Assembly (NCBI GenBank): GCA_038087875.1
Contig: CM075990.1
Location: forward strand, 8,744,001 to 8,808,000
Direction: 5' to 3'
DNA: 64,000 nt
DNA from: Malacoraja senta
Lineage: Eukaryota
Part shown: piece after piece, positions 12,122 through 26,169 of the stretch
Layout of the letters: every line of letters starts with the position of its first letter
Numbering within the stretch: position 1 is the stretch's first letter
The notes under the pieces: model-generated
The model's database searches: none
What the model was told of the DNA's origin: nothing
The model's input: the letters and a program-made list of their open reading frames with translations, nothing else
Translations under genes and position numbers: made by a program

Positions 12122-13956
12122 TTACTTTGGGTACGCAAGCAAACATTTCACTGTGACTGTGACAAAAACCCTTTCTGGCTTAAATCCTCCCTCCACCACC
12201 TCCAGTTTAAATTCCATTTGGAATATTTTGGAGGACCAAGAAACCAAGAACCAAGAACCAAGACTGACAATAAAGTATTCATCCATTCATTCATGTGTAG
12301 GATAGTGGTAGTGTACGGGGTGATCGCTGGTCAGCGTGGTCTCGATGGGCCGAAGGGCCTGTTTCCACACTGTATCTCAAAACTAAATTGAACTAAATTG
12401 ACGTGGTTGCAAGCTAATTGAGATTGGGAATGCCTGGAAACCTAACTTGCAAAGGAGATGACAAATGGAAAAGGAGGGGAGATGATCCTGAAAAACAAAA
12501 AAATGGGATAAAGGCAACAGAGAGAAGTGATCATTGCTTGGAAAGTCAAGAAGCAGAATCATGGCTAACTGGGCTCTAATCCCTTGTTTTCTCCATCTCT
12601 CATAAGCAGCAGGATTACATTTCCAACCTAACAATCTGATTTGTAAACTATTTTGTAACCTTTCATTATAAAACTTGTGAGCTATTAATTAATGCTTTAA
12701 TGCTTTAAAGTTAGCTGTGTTAATCCCTTAATGGTCATATATTTTAATGCAATTACCCAGTCGACTGTGGCCAATTCATGCCACATACCGCTGGGACCCT
12801 GGTTCCAGATTCAACTATATCAGTTTCAATCTTTATAAAGAAATTTATTGTATTTTGATCACTTATTCTTAATGGGGCTCCTTAACTACCTGGTTATTAA
12901 TTAACCTTCATTTATTGCACGATATTAAAATTATCCATTCCCTTATTGTTTATAAAATACAAATCTAGAATATTAGAATTGTTACACATTCCAGAAATCT
13001 GACCTACTCACTATTCCAGCTAATTAGATTTTCCCAGTCTGGATGTAGGTTGATGCCCCCCCCCCCCCTCCCCCCCCCCTGATCATTGTATTACCATTCA
13101 AACATATGCCTCTTATTCCCTGATTTATATTATATTACCACGACTCAAAAAGCACTTGTACTTTTGGTAAAGGTACTACTGTTTTTATTGGTATTCATAT
13201 TGGTTTATTATTGCATATGTACCAAAATACAGTGAAAAGTTATTGTTTGCTTGCTATCAGGTCAAAGCAAATCATACAGTCCATGAGTACAATCAAGCTG
13301 TACATACGTACAACAGGTGGTACAATGAGAAAAATATCAGAGTGCAGACTATAGTTTTACCGCATTGCGGTGTTACTGTTTCAGATAAAAAGTCCAGTGC
13401 CCACAGTGAGGTAGGTTGGAAGACTGGTGGGGAGGCTGGTCTGTGTGATGAACAAGGTGGCACCCACCTTTCCCTGCAATTTCTTGTAATCTTGAGCAGA
13501 GCTGCTCTCAAACCAAGCTGTGATGCAACCCCATAGTCTACTTACTACAGTGCATCTGTGGAAGTTGGAAGTTGTTGGAAACATGCTAAACTTTCTTAGT
13601 CTCTTGGAAGTAGAGGCCCAGGAGTGCTTTCTTTCTGGGAGTGCTTAGTTCTGATGAGGGTTCCAGTATTTAGAAACAGTAATGATAAAACAATTGTGGA
13701 GAACATCCTAAAACCCTTGTCTTTTTGGTGGTAGACATTGCGGCTTTGGGAGAAATCTTGTAAATGGATTTCCCTACAGTTACTGTATGCTGATACTGGA
13801 TGAAATTAATGATTAAGGTGATGTATTGGATCACAAACATGTGAGCTACTTTGTCCGAGATGATATCAATGTCATTGTGTGTTGCTGGAACTATAATCAT
13901 CTATGCAAGGAGGAAATATTCCATTGCACCTAACATATAGATGGTAGAAAGGCTTT

Positions 13957-14240
13957 GTTTAGTTTGGTTTAGGTTAGTGATACAGAGTGGAAACAGGCCC
14001 TTCGGACCAGCAAACCCCGCACATTAACACTATCCTACACACACTTGGGACAACTTACAATTTTACAAAGCCAATTAGCCTGCAAACCTGTACGTCTTTG
14101 GAGTGTGAGAGGAAACCAGAGATCCCGGAGAAAACCCACGGGGAGAACGTACAAACTCCGTACAGACAGCACCCGTAATCAGGATTGAACCCGGGTCTCT
14201 GGCGCTGTAAGGCAGCAACTCTACCGCTGCGCCACTTTGC
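13957..14240 (-). mobile_element. HE1-like V-SINE
   Basis: Family sequence. Confidence 0.85.
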
Positions 14241-15225
14241 CTCAGGATTTGTGCATCCTTTAGTGCATCAGGATTTGTTCACTTGCCGTGGGATACCTGC
14301 CACTGACCTGCTCTTGTAGACCAGTATTTGGGCTTCTGCTGTAGGTGGATTTCTGGTTGATTGTGGTTCAAGGATGGTGGGGACTTAGTGAGCGCAGAGT
14401 CATAGAGCACAGAAACAAGCCCTTCGGTCCAACTTGCCCATAGTGACTAAGATGCCCCATCTTCACTAGTCCCACTTGCCTGTATTATGCCAGTGTTTAA
14501 TTGTTATATGTACCAAACCAGAACAATGACATTTATACTTGCAGCAGAACAGGTATAAACACGGTACTCAATAGATAACATCATAAAACAAACAAAAAAG
14601 TTCAATAAATAAAAAATAAAAACAATATTAGTGCAAAACAAAACAAAAGCCCAAAGTCTAAAATGCAACCAAGACAGTTAATGGCTTGGAGTCTAGTTGA
14701 TATTTGCAGTGTTTAATGACATGATGGTTGTTGGGAAGAAGCTGTTCCTGAACCTGGAGGAATACCCACGGTATTTAGACTCCTATACCTTCTTCCCGAT
14801 GGCAAGAGTGTATTGAGAGCGTGGCCAGGATGGTGAGGGTCCTTGATGAAGCTGGTTGTCTTTATAAGTGCACCACCTTTGATGGTGGGGAGGTCAGTTC
14901 CCGTGATGGCCCACATATTGTCATCTCCTTTCATTCCCGGGTGTTTGAGTTGCCCAACCCAGTCTGTGATGCAAGTAAATTATCCCCAAAACACACTAGA
15001 GGTGATTTGGCTAAAAACCACAAGAGTTGATTGGCTCAAGTATACAAGATGTGAGGTTTGAATTGCTCCTGAATCTGCTGATTTATGAATTAATTATTTT
15101 GCTGCAATTTGAAACAAAATCCTCTGTTCCATTGTGTGCTTACTGCCTCTTTAACTATTTAAGTTAAATTGATTCATTGTTTGTTTTTTGTGAATGGAAC
15201 AAATTAAAATAAAAACAATTTTTAT

Positions 15226-15545
15226 ATGTTCCCGATGTTAGGGGAGTCCAGAACCAGGGGCCACAGTTTAAGAATAAGGGGTAAGCCATTTAGAACGGAG
15301 ATGAGGAAACACTTTTACACAGAGAGTTGTGAGTCTGTGGAATTCTCTGCCTCAGAGGGTGGTGGAGGGCGGTTCTCTGGACACTTGGGGCTAGATGCGG
15401 CTCTTAAAGATAGCGGAGTCAGGGGATATTGGGAGAAGGCAGGAACGGGGTACTGATTGTGGATGATCAGCCATGAGCACATTGAATGGCGGTGCTGGCT
15501 CGAAGGGCCGAATGGCTTACTCCTGCACCTATTGTTTATTGTCTA
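15226..15545 (+). mobile_element. CR1-type LINE 3' fragment
   Basis: MFPMLGESRTRGHSLRIRGKPFRTEMRK plus 3' UTR. Confidence 0.85.
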
Positions 15546-15664
15546 ATTTTAGTAAAATACATTACAATGGGAAGATGGGAAGGATATCTTAGTCCACTCT
15601 TAGCACTTGTAAGAACCAAATTAGAGATATTTTTCTCTTTGTCAGCCAGACTTTGCTTTTCATT

Positions 15665-15879
15665 GTGCAGGAAGGAACTGCAGATGCTGGTTTACACTGA
15701 TGATAGACACAAAATGCTGGAGTAACTCAGCGGGATAGGCAGCAGAAGGAATGGGTGACGTTTCGGGTTGAGACATTTCTTCAGAGTCTGAAGAAGGCTC
15801 TAGAACTGAAACATTACCCATTTCTTCTCTTCAGGGATGCTGCCTGTCCCATTGAATTACTCCAGTATTTTGTGTCTAT
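15665..15879. mobile_element. Penelope-derived hammerhead repeat, fold-back form
   Basis: Inverted arms; perfect 14-bp TSD ctttgcttttcatt (15651-15664 / 15880-15893). Confidence 0.8.
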
Positions 15880-16108
15880 CTTTGCTTTTCATTCCTGTGA
15901 AGCATCAGTGATATTTCTGGGCCTTTTTTCTGAAACACCTTTTAGAACTTCCACTCTTTCATATCTAAATATTTCATTTTTTCTGCCTCTGTCTTTATCG
16001 ACCCTTCTCTCACTTCATCCATCACCTTGCTTCTCCCCCTCCTCATCCTAAACACAGCCTTCCCCATATCCTCCCTGCAATGTAGCTGACGTCTGTTCAG
16101 TTACACAG

Positions 16109-16430
16109 GGGCGGTATGGTGGCACAGCAGTAGAGTTGCTGCCTTACAGCGCTTTCAGCGCCAGGGACTCGAGTTTGATCCCGAATACAGTTACTGTCTG
16201 TACGGGGTTTGTACGTTCTCCCCATGACCGCGTGGGCTTTCTCCGGATACTCCGGTTTCCTCCCACACTCCAAAGACGTACAGGTTTGTGGGTTAATTGG
16301 CTTGGTATAAGTGTAAATTGTCCCCAGTGTGTGTAGGATAGTGTTAATGTGCGGGGTTCGCTGGTCGGTGTGGACTCGGTGGGCCAAAGGGCCTGTTTCT
16401 GCACTGTATTTCTAAACTAAACAAAACTAC
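16109..16430 (+). mobile_element. HE1-like V-SINE
   Basis: Family sequence, near full length. Confidence 0.85.
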
Positions 16431-17608
16431 CCGTGAAATCTGGCTTGTGCATTTACACACCGTGCTGATAGAATGCTTCCTTCCTTCTTGAAAGCAAAAT
16501 AATTAGTGTGGCAATAATGAATAGAATAGAGCCTGCCCACTGTAGGTGAGGCAACCATGCTGGTGATAAATAACCATTGACATTTCTTCTTCCATCAAAT
16601 CACACCAGCAGATGTTCACAATATCCAAGGTAAGCCCAGTGATTATGAGCTGCAGGTTATTAAAGCCCAGTTCTGAGTCAGGAAGAAAGATGTTTATTCT
16701 AGGCAAATGGATCCTGGAGTGGTGGAGCATGCGGCAGTGGAATTTGAGGGAAATTGGGATGGCATGACTAGTTAACGGAAATAGCAAGCTACCTCGCAGA
16801 TTGTGAGACATTGGGAGTTTATTGATCAGAGTAACTGAGGGACAAAGAGAAGAGAAACAAAGTAAAGGGCAATGAAAAGTAAACTGATGAAGAATAGGAC
16901 AGTGGGGTAGTATTGAATATCTGATGGTGCTGGAGGGGAGAGGAAATATGAAGGTGGGGCAATGGGGAGTGAACAATAGTGATTAGTACAGGTGCCAGGG
17001 GTTATGGGGAGAAGGCAGGAGAAAGGGGTTAAGAGGGAAAGATAGATCAGCCATGATTCAATGGTGGAGTGGATTTGATGGGCCAAATGGCCTAATTCTG
17101 CTCCTATCACTTATGAACCTGTGAGGGGCAATGGGGAGTGAATAACAGGGCGAGGAGTGAATGGGAGCTGAATAATGGGATGAGGAACAATATTGCAGGG
17201 AAATGGGGAGTGAATGATATTGAGGGGAAATGAGGAGTGAAACAGGAGGGGCAAAGGGTGTTAACGTCTAAATGAGGGGGCGATATGGAATGGACAGCAG
17301 AGTGAAGAGAGGGGAAGTGACTCTAGTCTGAGTGGCAATGTAGAGTTAACCAGTAGCACGATCGAAATTGGGAGTGAAGGAATATAGTGTGAATTAAAGG
17401 GATATTGATGCAGGAAATTGGAAACAAAAACTAAATGCTGTAAAACCTCAACAGGACATGCAGCCTCTGTGGAGGGAGAAGCAATTAATGTTGCAGGTCT
17501 GCCAATTGTCTTTCCAGTAGGAGAGAATATGGGGGAGAGATGTATATAACAAATGGAGTGTCTCCGTTAGCATAAGTCCAAGTGGCGTACATGGAGTAGT
17601 TACATTAA

Positions 17609-17845
17609 AGGGCCTGTCCCACTTGGCGATTTTTTCGGCGACTGCGGGCATCATTGACTGGCGTATCAGGTCACCGTAAAAGTCACGGCGTGACGACGTA
17701 TTGACGCGCGGTGTTTCCTCAAGTGTCGCAACTTTTTTTTTGTTCGCCGCTGGATTTTGAAATGTTCAAAACCTTTCGGCGACCCTGATGCGTCAGTCAA
17801 TGACGCCGGCAGTTGCTGAAAAAATCGCCAAGTGGGACAGGCCCT
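17609..17845. mobile_element. Harbinger-like MITE
   Basis: Perfect TIR agggcctgtcccacttggcgattttt / aaaaatcgccaagtgggacaggccct; TAA TSD (17606-17608 / 17846-17848). Confidence 0.85.
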
Positions 17846-17987
17846 TAAGGTTCTTTGTCAGTGTAATGTGTGGTAAACGATGAGGTTGTGGGACATGCCC
17901 AGCAGGCAAGACTTTCTAAGTAAAATAAGAAAGACTAAACCAATATGTTGACAGATGGAATTGACCAGCTCTGATACAGAAAGAATG

Positions 17988-18810
17988 TTGTAGGAAGGGA
18001 CTGCAGATGCTGATTCAAACTCAATATAGACACAACATGCTGGAGTAACTCAGCGGGACAGGCAGCATCTCTGGAGAGAAGGAATGGGTGATGTTTCGGG
18101 TCGAGACCCTTCTTCAGACTGGTTAGGGATAAGGGAAACAGATATAGATGATGATGTACAGAGATAAAGAACAATGAATGAAAGTTATGCAAAAAGGTAA
18201 TGATAATAAAGGAAACAGGCCATTGTTAGCTGTTTGTTGGGAGAAAACAAGAGGACAGTGTGATTTGGGTGGGGCAGGGATAGAGAGAGAGGAAATGCCA
18301 GGACTACCTGAAGTTAGTGAAATCGATATTCATACCGCCACTGGGCTGTAAGCTGCCCTGAAAGAATGTTTATCTGATGTTGAACAATTTGACACGGAGC
18401 CCTGACAAGGCTGCAACATACCCAAGATGGCACATGAGGTAGTGCTCCTAAAGCTGTTGTTGGGCCTCTTTGTTACACTGCTGGAGGCTACAACAGAAGG
18501 GTCAGAGTGGCAGTGGGCAATGGGGAATGAGCTATAGAGTGAAGGGGCAATGGGGAGTGAACTACAGTGGGGGGCAAATGGGGAGTGAATAACAGGGTGA
18601 CAGAAGGACAGGGTGACAGTTAAAGGGACAGACAACTGCAGGTCAAGTTCAGTCCCACAGACTGAATGCTCTTCAGAGATCCCCCAGTCTGTGCTTGCTT
18701 TAGCAATGGATGGGAGAACCTGCTGTGAATGCTGAATGCAGTGCCCTAGATGGAAGAAATGTAAGTGAATCACTGCTTCACCTAGAATTAACATTTGAGT
18801 TCCTGAATGC
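17988..18810 (-). mobile_element. Penelope-like element 3' remnants (GIY-YIG endonuclease C-terminus, pseudo-LTR, hammerhead)
   Basis: Minus strand reads GSLQPSGGMNIDFTNFR* (18300-18360) leading into the hammerhead at 18087-18121. An older remnant reads EHYLMCHLGMLQP (~18410-18450). Confidence 0.7.
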
Positions 18811-19007
18811 CGAGAAAAGAAGAGATAAATGGTCAGGTAATTATTGTATTTTAGTTTTAGTTTTAGAGATACAGCATGGAAAAAGGCCCTTCAGCCCAAG
18901 AGTCCATGCTAACCATCGATAACCCGCTCACACTGGTTCTATGTTATCCCAGTTTCTTATCCATTCTCTGCACACTGAGGGCTATTTAGATAGATAGATA
19001 GATAGAT

Positions 19008-19225
19008 TCCTTTATTGTCATTCAGACCTTTCGGTCTGAACGAAATTATGTTGCCTGCAGTCATACACAGAACCAATAATAACAAAACATACAATAAACA
19101 CAAATTAAAACATCCACCACAGTGAGTTCACCAAGCACATCCTCACTGTGATGGAGGCAAAGTCTTAGTCTCCGTCTCTTCCCTCCTTGTTCTCCCTCTG
19201 CGCTGAGGCGATCGATCCAGGCCGA
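19008..19225 (-). mobile_element. Truncated copy of the 845-bp non-autonomous retroelement at 56380-57224
   Basis: Near-identical 3' end including the ttcagacc-gaaa-ggtctgaa hairpin. Confidence 0.75.
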
Positions 19226-21017
19226 AGTAGGACTGAAATAGCTGGGGTTCTAGTTTGGAAGATCAGGGGGTGATATGCCTGGGTCAGGCTCTGGAGAGAT
19301 CTTTTGAAATGGAGTAGAACAAATAATAATAATAATAATAATAATACATTTTATTTATGGGGGCCTTTCAAGAGTCTCAAGGACACCTTACAGAATTTAA
19401 CAAGTAAGAAACATATAATCGGAGTAAAATAAATTATAAAGACATCACCAATACACAAATTAAAGACAGAATTCGATCCAAAGACAAAAAAAATCAGAAA
19501 CACAAAGTGAAGAGAGAGCAGCGGCAGCTAAACTGCGCCAGCGTACACTCTCCCTTCCGACCGACCACAAATAGCGCTGGAGTACCTCAGTGGTTCAGGC
19601 AGCATCTCTTGAGGACATGAATGGATGATGTTTCAGGTGGAGATGCCTCTTCAGACGGGTCCTGATCCGTGTGACATGAGAGAATGTGCCCAGGTAACCT
19701 ACCATCCACCTCCTGCTTCTATATTCAGGTAATACTCATGGCTCCCCGGTGATCTCTTGGCCTGGAGTCCAAGTGTAGTCACCATTATTTGGGTGTCTCA
19801 TCACAAACTACTTGAGGCTTCAAGCTGCCGTCAAGCTCATTTGTAAACACACAAAGGGACCAAACACTGAGTGTAAACCAACATCTTCAGTCCCTTCCTA
19901 CACATTTGGCCGCTTCACTGCGAAATCTCCTCAAGGTATGCCGACTTTGAAGGAGTTCTCCTCCTCTCCCCGACGGGAGTTCTGCAACACCCTCTCTCGC
20001 CGCCCCCCCCCCCCCCACATCTAATTTCCCTCTCCCCTGACTCTCAGTCTGAAGAAGGGTCTCAACCCCAAACGTCACCTATTCCTTTTCCCCAGAGATG
20101 CTGCCTCTTATTCCAGCATTTTGTGTCCATCTAAAGGATGGCTGTTGTTTGTCCTTCGCTTATATTCAAGGCTGGGACTGTTCTTGTGCACCATTTGTGA
20201 AGCCCATTGTTGACTGTAGGGCTCCAGGAAGAAATATAGCTAAACTGACAAAAATGTATTTCAAGCATTGCATCCTATTAAACTGCTATTCAGCTCAGAC
20301 CTGAACCACAGAGTATTAATCTTTGTGGTCCATTCTCTGCAATGTCCTTGCTACCCCCATGTCCCGCGATCTCCCAGATATTAGAAAGAATGGATTTCAT
20401 TACAATGGCAGCATTACAACTATTCAAACAGTGCTTTCTTTCCACATAGGCTGCAACTTGAAGTGCAGTTGGTGTAATATTCTCTCAGATGCCGGCCACA
20501 AAGGAACTGGAAGATTAGTGTGTGTCGCTGACTAGCTCAGTTTATCTTTCATAATTCCTTGACAAGCATACATGCAATGAATATATACAAACATATAAAT
20601 AAGAAAAGGAATTACCAATTCAAATTGAGCAGATGAAGCTGGGGAACAGCACTCTTTGGCACTTAAATATTCATTTATGTTGGCTGGAGTCGAGATAATC
20701 TTCTGAAATGTGTGTACAGAGCAGTGGCCTCCCATTCCAGCTGATCTCACCCCATGTAAGGTCTTTGACTTCATTCGTATACAATGGAAATTGATTTTAA
20801 AAGAGGACAGTTGTTTTTGGTGTTACAAGAAACGGTAATCACAGCTGATAGCGAGTGAAACATAAATGAAAGAGTGAAAATGTCAGGTGTAGCAAGCGTA
20901 TTTAGGATGCACTGCTTAGATTGCAATATGGTTAGGTTCCGGGAGATTTCAAAGAGAAAGCTTATTAAATATTATTCAAATCCATATGTACAGAGGGACA
21001 GAGTAGCAACTGTACAG

Positions 21018-21121
21018 CTCCTCCCCCCCCTCCCCCCCATCCTCCCCCCCCTCCCCCCCATCCTCCCCCCCCTCCCCCCCATCCTCCCCCCCATCCTCCC
21101 CCCCCCTCCCCCCCCCCCCCC
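21018..21121. repeat. C-rich low-complexity tandem repeat (G-quadruplex-prone on minus strand)
   Basis: (ctcccccccctcccccccatc)-like units. Confidence 0.9.
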
Positions 21122-21334
21122 AATCTATGCACATCCCCAACCCTGGACTTTCCACTATTCACTTTAATTTCATGTTTTGTGTACCTTGTTGTGTTCTACT
21201 GTTGGCAGACCAATTTCCCTCCTGGGATAAATAACGTTCTAGCGTATCGTGTCATATTTAAAGGAGTCACAGGGATATGAGGATTTAGCAAAGGTCAAAC
21301 TTTTGACTTTTTCAAATAGTTGAAAATAACATAA

Positions 21335-21635
21335 AGTGGCAGAGCTGGTAGAGCTGCCACCTCACAGCACTGGAGACCCGGGTTTGATCCTGACCTCGGG
21401 CGCTGTCTGTGTGGAGTTTGCACATTCTCCCTGTGACCTCGTGAATTTCCTCTGGGTGTTCCAGTTTCCTGACAAATCTCAAAGACGTGTTGGTTTGTAA
21501 GTTAATTGTACCTCTGTAAAAAAAATGTTCCGAATGTATAGGCAGTGAATAAGAAAGTGGGATAACATAGAACAGGTGATCGATAGTCACTGTGGACTTG
21601 GTGGGCTGAAGGATCTGTTCCATGCTGTATCTGTA
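21335..21635 (+). mobile_element. HE1-like V-SINE (older)
   Basis: Family sequence. Confidence 0.8.
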
Positions 21636-21850
21636 TAACATAGCAATGCTGATTTAGTAGCTATTCCCTCAGAACCAACAAAATATTGTTGCAGATCTTC
21701 ATCAAAGTAATTTGTAAATCATGTTTTAATTTCTAATCGAAGTCTGTTGAACACCTTACATAATAGGTTTATGTAGCAAAACGTGCATTGCAACCAAGGA
21801 AGTGGGGTGGAATTAGTAGTCTTAGACAACGGCAAACTCAATGGTTGATG

Positions 21851-22168
21851 TTTAGTTTAATTTAGAGATACAGCGCGGAAACAGGCCCTTCGGCCCACTA
21901 GGTCTGCGCCGACCAGCAATCCCCGCACATTAATACTACCCTACACGCACACTTGGGACAATTTTTACATTTTTCAAGCCAATTAACCTACATACCTGTA
22001 CGTCTTTGGAGTGGGGGAGGAAACCAAAGATCTCGGATAAAACCCATACAGGTCACGTGGAGATCGTATAAACTCCGTACAGACTTCACCTGTAGTCGGG
22101 ATCGAACCCGGGTCTCCGGCGCTGCAATTGGTGTAAGGCAGCAACTCTACCGCTGCGCCACCATGCCG
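21851..22168 (-). mobile_element. HE1-like V-SINE
   Basis: Family sequence; inverted relative to the copy at 21335. Confidence 0.85.
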
Positions 22169-22506
22169 CTCTTGTGGGAGGAGAGTTCTCTCATTAATGT
22201 TTGTTGAACTACTTGGATGATAATTTGATCAGAATCACTAACGGAGCCGGTTTTTGATCTGTAAATAAATATTAGACACATCCATGATTTCAGAGGGATT
22301 TCACATACATTTCACATATGGACAATATACCACGGTTAAAGATGGGGGTGAGAGTTGAGAGAAGAAATTGAGTCCATCTGTCCCATTAGATTCACATACT
22401 CCGATCTCATACAGAGGGCATTGCCAGGTTACTGATATGGTTACTGAACTGGTTTATCTCAGATCGCTTCAGAGCAAGGTCTAAGTCTCCTTTCTGTCAT
22501 CAACAG

Positions 22507-22702
22507 CTCCTTCCAAGACCTGGCGAAGCAGTCTGAATTATCGTACGGCACAGTGAAGGACTCCTCGGTCTACGAGTACTTTCAGGCAAAGGGCACCAAC
22601 CCATTGGAGCAGGACAGTACTTATGCTGAACTCTGGAGAACCATCAGCAAACGCAACGGTGAAGAAAACTGCATTTCAACCGTGCACGAGGGCATCGCAA
22701 AG
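22507..22702 (+). CDS. GRID1: GRID1 coding exon (S2 ligand-binding segment), fourth from last
   Basis: Acceptor caacag| and donor AAG|gtaaac; 196 nt. Translates to [65 protein letters not shown], recognisably GluD1. Not shown in the ORF track. Confidence 0.96.
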
Positions 22703-25655
22703 GTAAACTTTGGACAGGCTTTCTGAAACACAGCAGGGTGTCCATCTGTACAACTTGTCCGGGCAAATCTCCCTTCCCTCCAACACACATTCACTCTCCA
22801 TCACTCCAACTCCACGGTGGATGGGCCATTTACTCAGCTTCTCCAGCAGTTGCCTTGACAAGCTGATCGGAAGCATAGCAAGGTGTCAGGGACCTGTTGC
22901 ACGGCAAGGCTGAAGATAGGGTTGGAATGGAATATTTTATTGTCACATGTGACAAGACACGGTGAAATTCTTTGCATGCACACCCAAGGTATAAAAATAG
23001 TCACCACATACATGGCGCTAACCAAGTTACAAAGTACCTCCGCCGTCTCCTCCTTAGTTCCCCCCCCACCCCACACACAGCAGCCCCCCCACGCCGGGCC
23101 CTGAGAACAAAGAATATGTTGATCGAGCTGCTCATGATCATGAAAGGTTTTAATGGAGTTAAACAAGGTGAGCTAAAATGGAGGCACAAGGAACTGCAGG
23201 TGCTGGAATATTGAGTAAACCACAAAGTGCGGGAGTAACTCACTGGTTCAGGCAGTATCTCTGGTGGACATGGAGAGGCGACGTTTCAAGTCGGGACCCT
23301 TCTTCAAACTAATGGTATTAGGGTATTAGGGTGCAAGAACCTATGACTTGCCTGGCTTTGTCTCAACCCCTCCTCTTTTCTAGCTCTCCCCCCTCTGCTA
23401 CAATCTGTCTGAAGAAGGGTCCCAGCCCAAAGCGTCACGTTGCCTATCCATGTCCTGCTGAGTTGCCAGCTGATCCACCGAGTTACTCCGGCACTTTGTG
23501 TTTTAAACGAAGAGAGCTGCTTTCCAGTGGCAGGAAGGTTGATAAACCAGCAAAGTGATGGAATATAATTGGGAAGGAAGATAATAATAATAATAATAAT
23601 AATTAATTTTATTTGGCTCCTCGAAGATGAGGAACGTTTGATAACAAAGTGCTGGTGCGATCTGGAATGACTTGGCTTGATAAAGAAGTGGGAACTGATC
23701 TATTGAGAACCTTTAGTAGGGAGTTGTAGAGATAAAATGGCCATGCAATGGGGGAAAGAATGGAGAGGTGAGAAAATGGAGCCAATGTATCAAGGAGTGA
23801 CTCATGGGCAATGGACTAACCTGTCCCTTTCAAGATTCAAGAGATTCAAGATTCAAGAGAGTTTATTGTCATGTGTCCCAGATAGGACAATGAAATTCTT
23901 GCTTTGCTTCAGCACAACAGAATATAGTAGGCATGAATACAGAACAGATCAGTGTGTCCATATACCATTATATAAATATATACACACATGCGATAGATCC
24001 CCTCGATGGCAGGGAGGTCAGAGAGGATGATGGACTGGGCAGTGTGTTTACTACTTTTTGTAGTCTTTTCCGCTCCTGGGCGCTCAAGTTGCTGAACCAA
24101 GCCACGATGCAACCGGTCAGCACGCTCTCCACTGTGCACCTCTAGAAGTTAGAGAGAGTCCTCCTTTCCGTCCCTGCAGAGGAAATGTTCCATTTATTTA
24201 GACAGAGAATATTTATATTATTTATGTCCCCTTCAGTGTGTGGTTCTGGCAAACCTCAAACTAAATTAACAATTCTTCCTCCTCACCATGTGCACAAGAT
24301 AAGCCTGGGCGTATCATTCAGCAAAAATAGACTGAGTCAAAACTAGGTGTTTTGGCCAATCTCCACCCAGCACCAACTGAACACCCCCCTCCCGCAGCAC
24401 CAGGGGAAGTGATGAAGGTGGTAGAGTAAACCGGCTCGTTGTTCACACAGATCCATGTGAAACATTTTGCTGATCGAAGCATTCATTTAGCAGAGAGTGC
24501 TGTGAATTAATGGAGATAATCGATGGTGAATTTGCCACAGTGTACATGGCAACTGTTGGTGTCCACTGCCAACACTCCCAATGCCAAGAGGCACAATATA
24601 CTGCTGTGTCTAGGACAGGAAGCTTTATGCACCATTTGAACCCATGGATGGTAGACTTGTAATATCCCATGAGTATTTTACACTGTGTAAGAACACAGTT
24701 CAATAATAATCATAATTACTTTTTAAATAATTATCAATTAATTAATAATTAATGGCTAGCCTTTCTTATTAGTGAATCAGGTTGGTTTAATTAAAGTTTT
24801 AATAATTTGCCAAGTGAACTTGCCTTGATGATATGTGATGAGGTATAAAATAAAGAGAATTAAGAATGAGGCGAGGAAAGATTTTCTGTGGTTGGAATCA
24901 GGAATGTGCTGTTGGAGGTTCCATGGTGTCCTCAAGAGGGAATGGGATAAGTATGTGGCGGAGAAAAGTTTTCAAGGCTGAAATGAGAGAGTTGTGCTTA
25001 TTGAGTCAGCTCGGACATGGTGGGCCAAACATCCCCCCCACCCCTCCCCGTGCTGAAATGATTCTATGAATATGATTCCATGAAACCATAAGAATTAGTT
25101 GGAGGCTTCATTTAAACATGGCACATGGCACCTTTCAGTTCTTGAACAAACATGTATATTGTCCACAAGCTAATGGGCAAGGATCCAACTCAAGTCCCGG
25201 GGATCCACCTCAGTGAGTAAGAACAATGAGAGCAGAACAACGGCTTAGATAAACATAATTCACAGCATCAGGAACAAGAATGAAAAAGATTTAGTCTGTC
25301 GACAAGGCAGTGGAGAGGGTTCTCAAAGATAGTTTCTTGACGTGTAACTGAGTGAGATTAATAATGGAAGTTGGCTCCAAATTGACCAAAATGGGGAATA
25401 TGGGATAAAAATATTAAATGCTGTGCCTGATATGTTTCCAGACAATCCCTAAATTATGCCAAAACATGTGTGAGGCTGAGAATCAATAGAAAAGCAATTA
25501 TAAGAACATATGGGGGGTTAATCATAAGGCACAACAACGTTCTTTGACAAGAGTTTCCAGGGGATATCAAATTTGGTCATTAGTCTTTTCAGATTCACAT
25601 GGGTATAGAAAACATCTGTGATAATTTTAAAGTACATGAAGCTGGGAGTAGATAG

Positions 25656-26169
25656 CGTGTCAAGCAGTATCTCTGGATAGAAGGAATGGGCGACGTTTCG
25701 GGTCGAGACCCTTCTGCAGTCTGACCCAAAACGTCACCCATTCCTTCTGTCCAGAGATGCTGCCTGTCCCGCTGTGTTAGGGCCCTGTCCCACTTTCCCG
25801 AGTTACTCACGAACTCTCCCGAGTTTTCCCCTTGATTCGAACTCGGAGAATTACGGTAATTGTCATTCGTAGGTACTCGGGGTTATTTTTTCAACTCGTA
25901 GACATTTTTCAACATGTTGAAAAAACGACCCGACTTACCTGATGCCCCGAGTTCCCACGGCTGGCATTACGAGCCGCTACGAAACATCTACGGACTCCTA
26001 CGGGCTCCTACGAGCTCGCATCCGACATTACCCGACATTCCCCGAGTTCGAATCAAGGGGAAAACACGGGAGAGTTCGTGAGTAACTCGGGAAAGTGTGA
26101 CAGGGCCTTTACTCCAGCATTTTGTTTCTATCTTCGGTGTAAACCAGCATCTGCAGTTCCTTCCTACAC
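25656..26169. mobile_element. Penelope-derived fold-back repeat carrying a nested MITE
   Basis: 14-bp TSD ctgggagtagatag (25642-25655 / 26170-26183). Confidence 0.8.
25780..26108. mobile_element. Harbinger-like MITE
   Basis: ~65-bp TIRs (ggccctgtcccactttcccgagttactcacgaactctccc...); TTA TSD (25777-25779 / 26109-26111). Confidence 0.85.

Larger units (their letters stand above)
11180..12395 (+). mobile_element. HE1-like V-SINE split by nested insertions
   Basis: SINE 5' part 11180-11380 and 3' part 12295-12395, separated by a G-rich repeat and a MITE. Confidence 0.7.

Noticed and set aside
1..22506. Upstream GRID1 exon encoding M3 (SYTANLAAF)
   Set aside because: I could not find it by eye or in the ORF track; it probably lies upstream of the window.
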